Below, in pieces: positions 40,326 to 55,269 of a stretch of 64,000 bases of DNA (its first letter is position 1; every line of letters begins with the position of its first letter). The stretch spans positions 36,456,001 to 36,520,000 of the forward strand of contig OX597817.1 of the NCBI GenBank assembly GCA_951406725.2. The letters run 5' to 3'. This stretch comes from Octopus vulgaris (Eukaryota). The notes beneath the pieces are model-generated. The model saw only the letters and a list, made by a program, of their open reading frames with translations, had not been told where the DNA came from and did not search any database. Made by a program: the position numbers and the translations under genes.

Positions 40326-42299
40326 CTGCGCGCGCGCGCACACACACGCACACACACACCTGCGCGCGCGCGCACACACACACACACACAAATTAAAACT
40401 AGAAGCAAATAAATAAGTAAATAAACACCATGATCCCGTGACGACATTCATTTGTTTGATGGATTGAATAATATATGAGCTAAATGTGAATGATACGTAT
40501 ATGTACAGATTAATTATGTATAATCGAAGGATATTTTTATGATGAGAGATTATTATAGCAACTAAATAAAGTAAACAGTCTATATAGTATGTGTTATTAC
40601 TTAGTCGTGAGGAGGGCAGCAACCCTGAACCTTTTGTAAGCCTCCGAGACTGGTAGAAACACGTAAATACGTACGTCAAACCAGAGTGTTTGTAACACAT
40701 TAGACTCTGTTCTTAGCTGAGATCTGAAAAAGAAACTCTAAGAGCCTGAACAGTTACCGCAATGCATTCTGTCCAGGATCTGTCCGCCTTCCGACCCGCC
40801 TCAGAGTGGTACATTAGTTATCGACCACGGAAATATGAACGGTAATGCTGACCTCGGTAGTAATTGAACTCGGTACGTAAGAAGCTGGAATAAACACTGC
40901 TTGATATTTTCCCGAAGTTCTAACAACCCTACCATTTCGTTACCTGTAATATTTTGAAATTTGATTCAGACAATTGAGATGAAGTTAATTATGGAAGCCC
41001 ACGAGTGCTTCCTTCTATTTGCAGGAGCTAATAAAGCAATGGATTCTATACAAACACATATATTGAACGTTGAGTATACTTTCATTATATCGGTTAAAAC
41101 TAGATTGCTTCTCGGATAAATACCTCGGCATAGTTGAATTATTCGTTCTGCCATCAAAAATATTTACCCAAGTCAAAGTGGCTAATGAGAGAAAGGATCA
41201 AATTCCTCTCGAGTTACAGTAGTAAATGTTTTCTAGACTAAAATACTTTCGCATTAAACACCTGACATTATTTCGTTTAATTTCATGGTTCAAGATGAGA
41301 TTTGAATGCTATAATTTTGATATAAAGGATTATAGGAGAGATATTTTGCTACTGGAAAATGTTTGTTGTATTTGGCTTTCAGTTGTGTTAAGGGTTCGTT
41401 TATAATATATACCAATCTAACGCTGTGATTTTTATTGCGTTACATCATTTTTGTCACTCTATCGCCTTTTTTTGTTATTTTTGTGTTTCATTCTATCGAA
41501 TCTATCAATCAGTCATTATTTTCCCCATCATTCTACTTGATTCTGCTAATCCACAGGTATTTTGTTTGCCGCTCTGGCAGTTCTTTCAATCAGCTGCCAT
41601 TGTGTTTGGCCTCCTACCTCATGCTGCTAATTAACCACTATTGTATCCACCGCTTTGCTTGCTTCTACAAATTCACCGCCATTGTGCTTGTCTCTCTGCT
41701 CACTCTACCAATTCACCGCCATCAATTTGCACTAAATATCGACAGACTTTATGGATCAAATATTCGACAATCAGTATTCTTTTTCAAGAATTCACAGAAA
41801 CAGGGTAGTATCAGATCCGGTAAGCATCTACCTAAGATAAATATATATAGTCCTTTTTGAAGCAAATTTAGTGCGTTCATGAACATAGAATAACATTAAC
41901 ATACATATTTTGAGTATTTTATGTACTGTCAGTAATACGTTTGGTTATTCTACACTCGGTAGATATAACTTTTCTATTCCTTTGATACTTTCATAATTGC
42001 ATATAACAAAACCTGTTGAAAAATATACTTAGCGCCTAGTTAATGATATCAAGTAATGTAATGTAAAAAATATATCTTTGAGAACAACCGCATTTAGTGG
42101 CAGCTTTTCTACACATCATAAGAGTGATAGAGCGGGAAAGAAATCCCAAGGGGGGTAACTTTCTGTGCTGAACTCTACCGTGCTGTTAAAATAATCTATT
42201 TAATTTATGTCAATGTCTTTTGCAAATAATTTGTAAAAAATGACTGGGGTATTAATCTTACAAGACTCGCATGTCAGGGCGTAAACTGAATGTACACAA

Positions 42300-42611
<312 letters not shown>

Positions 42612-43024
42612 AAATGTGCGAGTGCTTGTGTATCGAAGTCTACTTTAATAGAAGTCGCAAAGTAGGCAATATGACTTCGGACTTCACATTTTGGCTCATC
42701 TCGTTGAGCTTAAAGGAAAGATGAAATCGTATTAACGACTTTTCGGCTCCTATTATCTGCTACATTACTTCACGTTTTGTATATGTGTACTATGGCCAAA
42801 TTGTTTAAAAATTTGCTTAGCTCCAGTAAGATATCATGTTCGTTCCAACTGCCTGGCATTCTGGGCAAACGTCATTTTTTTAAACCTTGGGTCGACTAAT
42901 ATCATGTGAATGAAAACGAATCTTCCAGAGAAATTAAATTAAAGCAACAACTGATTGTGAAGTGAACAGCCATTTAAACTCTAATTCTGGAGTAGATAAT
43001 TCAGCTCATCAAACAACTAAATCC

Positions 43025-43310
43025 GCAACCACCACTACCACCGCCACCACCACCACCAAACCACCACCTCCACCACCACCACCACCACTACCACCACCAC
43101 CACCACCAAACCATCACCAAAACCACCACCAGCATCACCACCACCAACAACAACAAACTACCACCACCAAACCATCACCACCAGCACCACCACTACCACC
43201 AACTAACCACCACCTCCAGCAGCACCACCACCTACAACAAACCACTACCACCACCACCACCACCACAACCACCACCTCCGCCACCACCACCACCACCACC
43301 ACTACCACAC
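43025..43310. repeat. (CAC)n low-complexity repeat
   Basis: Direct inspection. It explains the poly-P/T/H ORF. Confidence 0.9.
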
Positions 43311-45537
43311 TGCATATCTTTTTTCTCCTGTTTGCTTTATGTAACCTACATTCACTTAAGCGCGTGTGTGCGTGTGTCTGCGCAATTAGATGTAGTATCT
43401 AAGTCTTTTGCATGTTTATGTAGGTGAGAGTGTTTGTGAATGTGTGTATGCATGAGTATAAGTATATATATATACATACGCTTAAAACAATTAGCTGAAA
43501 GCTGGACATTACAAATTATCGCTTTATCCATGAGTGCACGACATGAATGAGCACGAATGTGTATCTGACAACTGAAGTTTACATACATCAGTGCACCGCC
43601 AAAAAGATAGCAAACGTAGACATACGTGCACTGAATCAAGTATTCTCTGTGTCTTCGGTGTGATTACTTCCTTTAATTCTCTAACTCAAAAACATACAAA
43701 GGAATTTCAGATTTTAATATTCTAGTTTTTGATTCATGTATTTTACGGATATTAAATTATGATAATTAATGAAGTGCTTGAATCTTATCAACCAGATACA
43801 AATTTTCTTTCTTTCCTCGACGACTGAAGAATACAACAGCACAAATATTATGACAAACGGTAAAAATTTCCACGTGAGATAAATTGCTACTACATTTTTT
43901 TAAACAGTGCTTTAATTAATTTCACATTAAAATTATTTTAAAGGCGTTCACCATAGTGAAAAATCCTTTTTAATATTTCATATATGCTTTTCTTTTATTA
44001 TTATTCCTCGCGAGGTTTCTGTGTTTCTAAGGAGAAACAAAAGAAAAAAATACAACAAACAAACAAAATAAACAAGTTGGATTTTTGCCAGAACTGTTTT
44101 ATTCCTAAAATCTATGACATTAAAGAATGCTCTTTTTAATTACATGTAGTTGCTTGGTTACTGGAACCAAATTCAAATTGATTTAACTACATCCTTGGAA
44201 ATGATAGAACTGGTTTGCAATCAATGAATTTAAACGTGTTTATAGTATGATTTGTAGTTATTAACCAAAATACAACTCTTATAATAATTGCTCTATCTGA
44301 AAAAATAATATAATAAAGGAAGTAAAGAAATGTTATTTATATGACTTCAAAGCAACCGAAATCATGAAAACCTCATAAATTGGAAAAAAAAAGAAACATA
44401 AACAAGAAATATAATAAGCAGAAAGAAGTGTTTACAAACACGAACCTAGAAAGAAAGTAGGAAATAATAAACATGTAAAATATAGAGTATTCAGAACTTA
44501 CGTTGATGGAAGCTTCACGACGTATAATGCATAATTTCGCATTTGTCGCCATCAACACGTCAATATGTCGTCTTTTGCGTTTTTTGTGCCAATTAGTTTT
44601 CGTAGATAAAAGTAAATTATAGCAAACAGACGGAAGGGTTCAAATGTTATGTTCGTTATCTGCTATAATGAATATTTACTCTATTCAAAACAGAACACTG
44701 CACTTCGTCTTCGGTATTGTATTCACACTTATTGATTTGTCTTACTTAGCCGATAATTTCACAGTGAATCGGGGAAAAGTACTTGGAGATAGTGACTTCA
44801 AAGAGAGTAAACTGTTCTAAATCATGATGGTTGAATGGAATTGGATTCTTCAGACAGGTGTAGACAAATGTTATAAATTAATGCTTTTTTGTGTACCGGA
44901 TCAGTACAGCACCATCTTTTGAAAGCTCAGGTAATACTAAACAATTATACAGTGATACTGTGTACTTATAGTGGTGAGCTGTACATTAATATGCATCATG
45001 CTCGGGGTGCAAGGAATTCTATTGTAAGATGTAACAATGAAAATATCTCAACTTTTGTAGGAAAGTGATTCCAACGTTGACCTGCTTCCACATGACTTTG
45101 CAGTGGTGACTTAACCCAAGCACTGCTGCGTTTAGAAAACTGAATTATAGGTTTCATTTCTGGAATGTGAAAATGTTAGGAGAAGGACTTAAGTAAACTA
45201 GCATAAAGGGTTTCAATGCAGATACCCCTAAACAAGAAATAGCTCCTTGAGAGATTATAGCCATACAGCCAAAGACGCAAGTAAAAAACATTAACTTACG
45301 GTGTGTTATATAAAAAATAACGGCTTCGTTTCTAATTAATAATCTTTGCTTTTGCCATAAAATATTTGTTGTGCGGATGTAGCTAACGTAATCGTATAAT
45401 ACATATTATTGTTACTAATACAAACACGTTGTATTTTTAAATAGATATTGGTGTAACCTGTTCGAATAAACGCAAAAGCTTTAGGTATTACCTTTTGCTC
45501 AAATATTGTCTCTATCTACCAACGTCTGTACTGCACC

Positions 45538-45584
<47 letters not shown>

Positions 45585-45589
45585 ATGTA

Positions 45590-45975
45590 TTTCCCCACAA
45601 ATAAAACCAATACAAAACAAACCTACCTCAACTGGAGAGAGAACACCCTGAAGTAAGATCCCAGATAGATAGTAACAAGCTTGCCAACGTCAGAAGGGAC
45701 ATTATAAAAAAGAAATTACTAACTGAATTAGTGATTCACCAAATTAAACAATCACTAAGAGATAAAAGGAATAAGGTTGCAGCTAAAGAAGCTACTGCTG
45801 AGGAAATAATTAAATAATTACACGCCAACCCAGGTCTGATGAAAATGCAGTAATGTTGGAAAGGATCAATGTAACCGCTAAGCAAAGTAAAATACTTTCT
45901 GAACCAGCCCTAAATACTAAGGAAGATCAAAATCAAATAGATGAAGAAAGTCACTCAGACATTGACACAATTGTA
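45590..45975 (+). mobile_element. N-terminal fragment of an R4/Dong-like RLE retrotransposon ORF
   Basis: Hand translation: TYLNWRE..IDSNKLANVRRDIIKKKLLTELVIHQIKQ. It resembles the N-terminal region of R4-clade ORFs (recognised from memory). Follows (TA)n. Confidence 0.5.
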
Positions 45976-48385
45976 CTAGATGGCTGTTGGCAGCAGATAG
46001 CCCGCCTCACCAATGGAATCTGTCCCCTCCACAAGAATTTGAAGATAAGGAGCTCCAGCTTGATGAGGCGCGACTGGGGGCACGACGGTCAAGCGGTAGT
46101 AGATGATCGATGCAATGTACTCATTCACCACCTCCGCCCGACCTTTCAGTGACAGCTTCCTCGCAGGCCATTTCTGTGTGGGACTGACTACCTCGCTTGT
46201 CACCTCGTCACATCTACCTGGAGGTCTTGTCCTAACCGAAGCCCAAGCAACTTTACTGGTCCTTCAGTCCAGCGCCCAACGAGGCTGTTAGACGGCAAGA
46301 CGGCATGGGCTTGCCTCTCCAGGTGCCAGGCTGCAAGCCCACCGACCTTTCCGGATTAAGTTTTGCCCCCGTCAATTTTTCTTATTCCTCCAGTGATATG
46401 CTGACCATCACGATTTCTGAGGTGTCTGACACCATCACGTTGATGTTTTCCGCATGAGCCGACACAGCCCATCTGCGTCCCGGTTCGAGCGAGAAGCCCT
46501 GCATCAGCTCCGACTTCCGCAGTAAAGGGTTCAGAGCCAATACATACAGAAGGAAGGAGAGAAGGCACTCTTCACGGACCAATCGGGAGATCTGAAACGG
46601 TTCCGAGAAGTGGTCATTAACTAATTGGCACAAAAAAACGCGAGTAACTCATGTGAGAGTCTCGATGTGGGTCTTACGTTCGCGGTTCCTACGCCCCCGG
46701 AAAGATCTCTCAAAGTTTTGTTTAGGAATCGAGCAACATTCGCACCAGAAGCAAATCTTCTGATACGCGAAATGTGCTCGATTCGAAAATCCCCCCCAAC
46801 CGTTTCAAATTCAATGTTTTGTGTTACGAGGGCCATCAGTTCTTCGTTGTCTCTTCTAATGAGTACGAAGCTGGATGTTTTGTGTTGGTGTTATTTAATT
46901 TGTTTGCTTGACTGTAGCGGTGATTGTCTTGTTGTTCTTTCGGTTGTGTCTGTGCGTTCTGTGAGTGTGGTGACTGCAGTTTTAAATGTTTGTATGAACG
47001 TTTGTTCTTGTGTCTGTTTAGGTTGTTTGTATTTGGAGGATTCTAGTGATAGTAATGGTGTTGGTTGCGTTGACGTTTGCGTTATTGGGGAGATGTTTGC
47101 TTGGGTGGTGCTTATAGCTTTTAATGTGGGTGTTATTATGCTTTGTCGAGTTTTTTGTGCTTTCTGTTTTGTACCCTTTGAGGAGACCTTTGGTTTTCCT
47201 TCATCTTTACTACTGGAAGATGAGGGAGTTTATGACTGTAAGTGTTTCTGTGTCTGTGTGTATGTTTATATTCTTGTTTATGTGTATATTTTTGTCCGGT
47301 GTGTATGTGTTTGGGGGAGAGTTTTCCTCGTTTTCCCCCTAGGGTGATTAATGTCTTTGGTATTTCGTTTGTTGTTGCTGGTGATCTTTCCGGTGCTGGT
47401 GTTGTTTGTGGTCCTCATCCCGGTGTAGGCAGCAGTAGAGGCCTTTAATCCCTTGCACTTTTTACCACTTGGTAGCAGCAAACCCACAAATGAGTAGTTT
47501 CTTCACAAACAAGACAATGCGGTCTTTTTCCCTCAGTCATTATATATATCACCGTCCCGTTCTAGAGACGGATGTGGTCCGGGTCTTTTTTATGTTTTCG
47601 GGCTTGATCTGGAGCAGTGTCTCCGGATCAACCCCGGACCAGTCCTCCCTGGCAGTTCTTGTTACCTTTATCGGGACGGTATCCGTCACCTCCACAATTA
47701 CGCATCCCTGAAGCCACTACATATCAAGTACTGGTGGGATCCTAGAAATGCAGACGCGTGCTGTGCGTTTTTCCATGTGGGTGGAGTACATAACGACTTT
47801 GCTAGTTTTGCAAGGGGGTCACTAGATGTTTCATAGCGAGGGCTTCTGAATTAAACACCACTTAAATGGTGCTGTATTGTTTTCCCTCTCGCTATGTACT
47901 CGATCTCATCTATGATGTACCTCAGCGCCGCTCCAATATCTACTTGGGCTCTTAAAGCCACCCTTTTCGTCTCCACGGAGATGCATCTGAAAAGCACCAT
48001 TCTTTTCATCACTGCTTCAATTGTCTCTGATGGAAATAGTTAGGTTGGCCCAGGTTTGTTCTTGTTTAATCAGTTTCCATGTCTAGGTCAACATTTCATT
48101 GCTGTTGCCACTTTTGCTATTGTTGTTGTTGCCATCGCTGCTGCCGCTGCTGTTGCTGTCTATTTCATTGTTGTTGTTGCTACCACTACTACTATTGCTG
48201 CTGCTGTCACTGTTGCTGCTGCCGCTTTCAGTCTCATTTTTCTCCTCCACTTCTCCTGTATTATTGCCAGTAACGGAGGGAAGGGGAGACAAATCTTCAA
48301 CAGTCACCAGATTTGTGGGAAGGGGCAGTTTCTTTTTTCTCAACTCCTTCAAGACGCGCTCCGCCATCCTGTTGAGTTGTGTTTG
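45976..48385 (-). mobile_element. Tx1/L1-clade LINE, internally deleted and 3'-truncated
   Basis: ORF1 start MAERVLKEL at 48367. Gag CCHC knuckle CLVCEETTHLWVCC at ~47476-47517. Endonuclease start VGTANVR (~46680) jumps directly to RT motifs (SEPFQISRLVREECLLSFLLYVLALNPL, SAHAENI, W.ARKLSLKGRAEVVN.YIASII.Y). Confidence 0.85.
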
Positions 48386-48606
48386 ATTAAATTATATTAA
48401 ACGCCAATCAAACTTATTTGGTGGGCTGAATAATGCTTCTTGCGGGACTAAACAACCATAGAAAACTAGTAACAGGTTCCTGGTCCTTCTTTTGACGACT
48501 CGGAATGGAATAAATAATGCAAAAAAGTACCAAGCCGATGTAAATAGATGTTTTAAGCTGCACCAACCTGGAGCGTTTGAAAACACGACCTATTTAGTCT
48601 GCAGTG

Positions 48607-48786
<180 letters not shown>

Positions 48787-50111
48787 ATGTATACATATAA
48801 CAACGACCAGAATCGACAGAATTCGTGACACAATACCCTAGACTACACACTTTTCAAAAATCTATTGTGAAACTGGTCAAGTGCATTCATGTAGCCTAAA
48901 ATGTAATTAAATTCTAATTAATTCTAGTTTATTCTGTGCATTTATAACTTTATTACTTCTATAGCTCCACTTGTTTGGATTAATCACATTCTCTCTCTCG
49001 CCACACACACACACATACACTCTCACACACACATGTATACATGTACATATGCATACATGCATTTATACAGACACACACATACACATATGCATGTAAGTAT
49101 TTATGTATGAATTTATAGGATAGCAATTTAATGATTCTCATGGTTATTGCTTAGTGCCATTTCATAGACATGCCTCCACATGTTATTTCTTGCTTGTGAA
49201 ACGTTATCATAACGAATCATGATACTGCAGCAGTCTAGCAGCCATCATCATAAAAATTCCCTGTTCTTTTGTTTGCTAGATTTCAGGTTTAAATATATAA
49301 CTCTTACCTTAACATGATATGACACTGAAAATTTCAATTTATAGTTGCATTGTTGTTACTTCCAGCATCTCGTGGATAGTATTTGAAGTATTTTTTAATA
49401 ATGTTAAAACTAATTATTTCTTGAAATTTGATAAATCTAAACAAAGAATCGAATTATATTAAAATCTGACTGATTTGTTTAAAAAGTAGTATATTACATT
49501 TAGAGAATATTAGATTTCTCTGTCATAAACCGTAGATCAAAATCTGTTCAGCATTGCTTCTTCAAAGGTAGTGTGAAAACAGAAATTATCACTGCAAAAA
49601 GATTATTACCAATAGTATAATTAAAAGAGGAAATAAGCAATATTGATGCTAATAAGTAACATGGTTGTAGGTTGTTGTAACGCAAGCTTTTTAAACATAA
49701 TTTAAAAGACACGTCTACTGCAGTAGATGATATTGTGAAAGTGTGGTTAGATATTGAAGTCAAAATTATGATAAGAACTCTTGAGTAAGATGAATCGCGA
49801 GAACTATTTCTGTGAGCAAGCTTCCCTTCATAGATAAACAATTCTTTTAGTTCTTTACAAAGGTGAAGAAATTTCAGATTTTTTTTCTACATTTTTGTAA
49901 GTAATTTGGTTATGTAGAGTTTACGAAAGATGTCACACACTGAAATTGATGAAAATGCTTCTTTAGAGTTTATTTTTATTCTGGCCAGTGAAAATGCACT
50001 AAAATTGTAATGTTTGTTATTAGTGAGAGTAGGCAAATTCCATTCTTTCTACTCTAAAATTTAATCAATTTTCCTCTGTCTTTAAATACAAATTACAGAC
50101 TGTATGATATT

Positions 50112-50322
50112 CTTTTCTACTCTAGGCGCAAGGCCCGAAATTTGTGGGGAGGGGACAGTAGATTAGGTCGACCCCAGTATGCAACTGGTACTTAATTTAT
50201 CGCCGCCCAAAGGATGAAAGGTAAAGTCGACCACGGCGGAATTTGAACTCAGAACGTAAAGACAGACGAAATACCAGCGAGCATTTCGTCTGGCGTGCTA
50301 ACGATTCTGCCAGCTCGCGACC
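50112..50322 (-). mobile_element. SINE family A with 19-bp TSD
   Basis: TSD ttacagactgtatgatatt at 50093-50111 and 50323-50341. Confidence 0.92.
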
Positions 50323-50725
50323 TTACAGACTGTATGATATTGGTCGCATTTTTAATGGAAACAAACTTCTGGTTCGGAATCCTGATATTAAGGAATTTTG
50401 TTTACCGAATTAATATCGCTCTAACAAATTGCAGTACAGTGTAAATTTTCTTTATGGATTAGAAAGAGGAAGAAAGGCAACCCCATAATCTTAGTAGCGC
50501 TAGCGGAATTGGGAGAGGAAGAAAAAGGAGAAAAACATAACCATCCATGAGTTGCAGCACGTAGAGACATTGAGATATTCTCTCAACGGAAATGCATCTG
50601 AATGCAAAGTTCTGAATGGAATAGACTCCGCGAAACGTATACATGCTGTAGGGGATACTGTAACGCGAGACAACAGATTTGAATTACTACCTAGTCTCTT
50701 ACACAAAAACATTCGGTAGATATAA

Positions 50726-51485
50726 TTCTTATTTCTTTATTGCCCACAAGGGGCTAAACATAGAGGGGACAAACAAGGACAGACAGATGGGATTAAGTCG
50801 ATTACATCGACCCCAGTGCGTAGCTGGTACTTAATTTATCGATCCCGAAAGGATGAAAAGCATAGTTGATCTCGACGGAATTTGAACTCAGAACGTAGCG
50901 GCAGACGAAATATCGATAAGCATTTCGGCCAACTAACGTTTCTGCCAACTCGCCACCTTCGGTGGATATTATAATTCTTCCTGTAATTGGTACAATGCCC
51001 GAAATTTTATTTTGGAGGAGGGGGCTAGTCGATTGTACTGACCCCAGTATTTGACTAGTAATTATGTCATCGAGCCCGAAAGGATGAAAAGCAAAGCCGG
51101 ATGCGGCAGAATTTGAGCTCAACGTAAAACCAGAAAAAATGCCACTAATGGTTTTGCCAGCTCGTCCCCTTTTTAGCAAGTATTATAATAACCGTATATA
51201 ACAGTGTGACAATTTACAAATGTATTTTATGTATCTCTTTCTTCTTTTCTTTAATGGTAAAGAAAATGGGCATGATGCTTTTGTATAATAATCCTTTCTA
51301 CTATAGGCACAAGGCCTGAAATTTGCGCGGGATGGGAGATTCGATTACATCGATTCCAGTGCGTAAATGGTACTTATTTAATCGAACGCGCCTCGGTAGA
51401 ATATAATCTCAAAATGTTCGGATGGGGTAAAAGCCGGTAAGCATTTTATCTGGCCTGTTAACATCTCTGCCAGCTCGCCGCCTTT
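50726..51485 (-). mobile_element. Three consecutive SINE family A copies
   Basis: Copies at ~50726-50958, ~50975-51170 and ~51290-51485, all on the minus strand. Confidence 0.8.
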
Positions 51486-51496
51486 AATCTGTATAA

Positions 51497-52600
51497 TAAT
51501 CCTTCCTACTAAAACACAAAGCCTGAAATTTGGGTTAGGAGGCTAGTCGATTACACTGTAAGGGCAATGCGATGTGAGGTGACGAGAATGGCTCTTTGGT
51601 GCCACACCACGCAGCGATTGTAATAAAGAGAAATTGAATAGAACAAATAAATACCAGAGGGAAAGAGACACAACTGCATAAAAATGATTAAGAGAACATT
51701 TATTGATATGTTATCATGTGTGCCTCTGTGTGCGTCATGTATACAGAATAATAGACAGGCCGTCATAAGAACAAAAGGTATGTGTGTAGTCATATATGTA
51801 TGCACGTGTATTAAGTACATGCCATATGTGAAGTCGTGGCTGTGATGCTGCTGCCTGGGTCACTTGTACAGGAGTTCATGCAGGTTGTACATTCGCTGTT
51901 GATCCGAAGTGAAATAATTCACGAACAGTGAACTGTTGGAACCTGGGTGAGTTGCTTACTGAGCTGTGTACGTATAGAGATGATGTTGACGGTTGACGAT
52001 GTTAAGAAGGACATGATGGTGGTGACGAAGATAGAGGTTGCCGTAATGCTGTTGGACGAAGTTGGTAAGTTTCAACATAACTGTTGTGGTAGTGTTGTCG
52101 TTGGAACAGGCTGTGCCCTTGTGGTCAGTAGCTAGACATTAAAAGGTCTGGGACCAAAGACCCCGGAGCAAAGAAAAGCTGAGTTTTTATAAGGAGCTGT
52201 AGGCTAAAACAAGTTAGTAAATAGGCTGTTCCACGTGGTCCCATTTAGAGCCTCTAACTGGTTATACGCAGCATGTTGGCACAACAGAGTAGGAGACAAA
52301 TTGCGCCAATATCAACCAATCGCAGTAATGGACACAATATGATCCAAATAGCGGTCAAAGGCTAGCTGTTCCCTGCTACGTTCGAATACATGTATATATA
52401 ATAAATGGGAGAGAGAAATTTCACCCGATTCTACGCTACAACACTAATCCCAGTGCTTCACTAGTGCTTAATTTATCGACTCCGAAACGATGAAAGGCAG
52501 AGTCGACCTCGGTGGAATTTGAACTCAGAATGTAAGGACGGACGAAATGCTGTTAAGTACTTTGCCCGGCATGTTAACGATACTGCCAGCTCGCCGCCTT
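51497..52600 (-). mobile_element. SINE family A split by a solo LTR
   Basis: The SINE tail (51497-51556) joins the SINE body (52441-52600) once the insert is removed. Confidence 0.85.
51557..52440 (-). mobile_element. Solo LTR (884 bp), likely Ty3/gypsy-type
   Basis: TGTA...TACA termini and 4-bp TSD acac (51553-51556, 52441-52444). It has two CCAAT boxes (~52306-52320), a minus-strand TATAAAA (~52185-52191) and a minus-strand AATAAA (~51699-51704) in U3-R-U5 order. Confidence 0.85.
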
Positions 52601-52737
52601 CTTTAATCTGTCATCAGTTTATAACTGGCCACTACAAGAATGACTAGATTCATTGTTGAATATATGTATGTCTGTGCTAACGCTAAGAATAAATCAGAGT
52701 GTGCAGAAAACACTCTGTCTCTATCTCCCTCCTCCTT

Positions 52738-52820
<83 letters not shown>

Positions 52821-54350
52821 AAACAATGAATATTTAATATGCACCGTTATTTCCCCAGATCTGGCACTTAAATCTATGTTTTATACTTTAAGTGATAGTG
52901 ATAGTGTGAAAAATCTTTACATGAATATATGTCGTGTTGTTACAAGGTAGTTCTCGCAGAACAAATTCTACTGATATTCCTTCTAAGTAGACTGGTTGAA
53001 GTTGAGTACCGTTTACTGATACCTCACCTTTTGTTTTATTCGAATTCGTGATGGATGTGTGAATTTATGGTAATAAGTGAGAGAGCGAAATGTTAGTGGA
53101 ACATAAACATAAATATAACTTATTGCGTTCGTAGTCTTAAATAACCAATTATTATTTTGCACATAGATATTCGGCAGCTGGACAGATTCAACAAAGGAAC
53201 TTAAACGCTAATTATTGTAGAAACGCAGCTGAATATGTCCATTCTAAGAGATCACATGCTGACCTCTCTTGTGATTGGTGAATACCTCACTATGACAACT
53301 CTTGTTATCGCACATCATGTAGCTGCGAATATCTATCCTGAAGAGTTTTAAGACATTGATATAAAATCTGAATACGCTATTAATTAACGTTATTATTGTC
53401 TTGAGGTCCTGAGTTCGCATTTACCTGTAGGTCTGCAAAAGCAAAGGGAAGATAAACGCTGATATCCGACTATGTGACCTTCTATGCAGTCGCCCGGCAT
53501 AGGAATAACAGTTAAACCTCTCCTAGGAATAATGTGCTCGTTTGTACGATGCTTTGGAAAACACATGATTATCACAGGGAAAATGACTTTTAAACACAAG
53601 TCATGTGAAAGAGGTTTGATCTAGTGCTAAGCAACACGAAAACAAGATGATGGTGCGAGTGATGATAATAATCAGAAAATTACAAAACTAAAAGAAAAAT
53701 ATTTCGTATTTCAGAAGAAAAACAGAAATTAGCATAATGAATTTACCAACAAAACAAGTAACAAAGAGAAGAAAAACGACGAAAATTGTGTAAGGAAGTG
53801 GATATATTGTGGTGGACATAGAAATTGATAAAACTACCAGGAAATCTGCTGTTAATATTAACATTTATAAGATTAAAAATAAAAAACCGCTCTTCACTCG
53901 ATGTTGTTTTTTAAGTATGTTTCAAACTTCAAAGAAAAACAGTCTTTTTCAAAATCCTGTTATAAACGTACAAATGGCAACAAAAATTTGAAAAGATTAT
54001 CAAAAGCATTCTACACTTAGTCAAAGACATACGTTAAGTGTTAATTTTTCTGTTAATTTCTCTCATGTTGTTTGTTTACTCCGCCTTTGCAAAAAAGACC
54101 ACCACTCTATTTTTTAAGAACATTTACAATGTATTAAAGATACCAGTTAAAGTTGTAAAGTGTATAAACATTTTATTCATATGTTTGTATTATGGCAATA
54201 CAAACCCCGAAATCTTTGGAATCAATAAATATACATGAAGCCTATTCAGTAATGTAACTTAAGCAATGAAACTGTATCACAAGCGAATTCTCACTGTTTC
54301 CTTATGTCAGAATAACGTTAATACATACAAACGAATTGGCCAAACAATTA

Positions 54351-54557
54351 TTTTTTTTATTGTCCACAAGGAGCTAAACATAGATGGGGCAAACAAGGAC
54401 AGACAAAGGCATTAAATCGATTACATCGACCCCCGTGCGTAACTGGTACTTAATTTATCGACCCCAAAAGGATGAATGGCAAAGTTGACCTCGGCAGACG
54501 AAATACAGCTAAGCATCTCGCCCGGTGTGCTAATGTTTCTGCCAGCTCACTGCCTTA
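54351..54557 (-). mobile_element. SINE family A with internal deletion
   Basis: Homology to 50726-50958. Confidence 0.85.
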
Positions 54558-55269
54558 AGGCCGAATACTTGAAGGCTACAAAAACGTTTTTCTTTACGTA
54601 CAAATTAATGCGTTACAGTCTCGGCGTGCCGTATCTGTAGGGAAAGTAATCTTGAGATTCGGGCACGAATGAGTATCTTAAAATTAATAAGCACATGAAG
54701 AGAAATTTGTAAAAATACAAAACCGAATAAACTTATTTGAAAAGGAACTTATACATGAGAAATGTGTAAGAGAAAACTAACAGTGATACAGAACAAGAAA
54801 AACTATAATGAATCACATAACAAGCGAAGATATAATACGAGTACATATGGAGCACAATATATTCTATAACCGAATACAGATTAAGTCAGAATAATCATGG
54901 AATATAAAACACTGGTGAACATCAGTAGAATACACCAGGCAACAATCAGGGTAGATAATGAAAACTATAAGCCAATATGGCGTTTTAACTTTTCAACTGT
55001 AGTCTTCAACTCTGTATGGATAAGCTGAGGAGTTTCGTTGAAATCCCACGTGGGGGAGATGTAGTAAAAAATATATCGAAAGAATGTAAATGTACTCAAT
55101 TTATATATTTTTTATAGGATAGAATATTTTTCTACCGGTTTCGGGTTTTTTCTAATCATGACTGGGAAATCGGTGAAAATATCGTAGTTTTGTAGTATCT
55201 TAACGGGTTTTTAGTTCATGTGAAGCGTAATGCAACCAATATGGGATAAAAGCCCTTAAGATACTTCAA

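Noticed and set aside
46625-47347. 240-aa plus-strand ORF
   Set aside because: Antisense shadow of the minus-strand LINE ORF1 region.
53425-53552. Candidate minus-strand exon (aag|...acag|gtaaat)
   Set aside because: Weak acceptor, no recognisable protein, and no support without transcript data.
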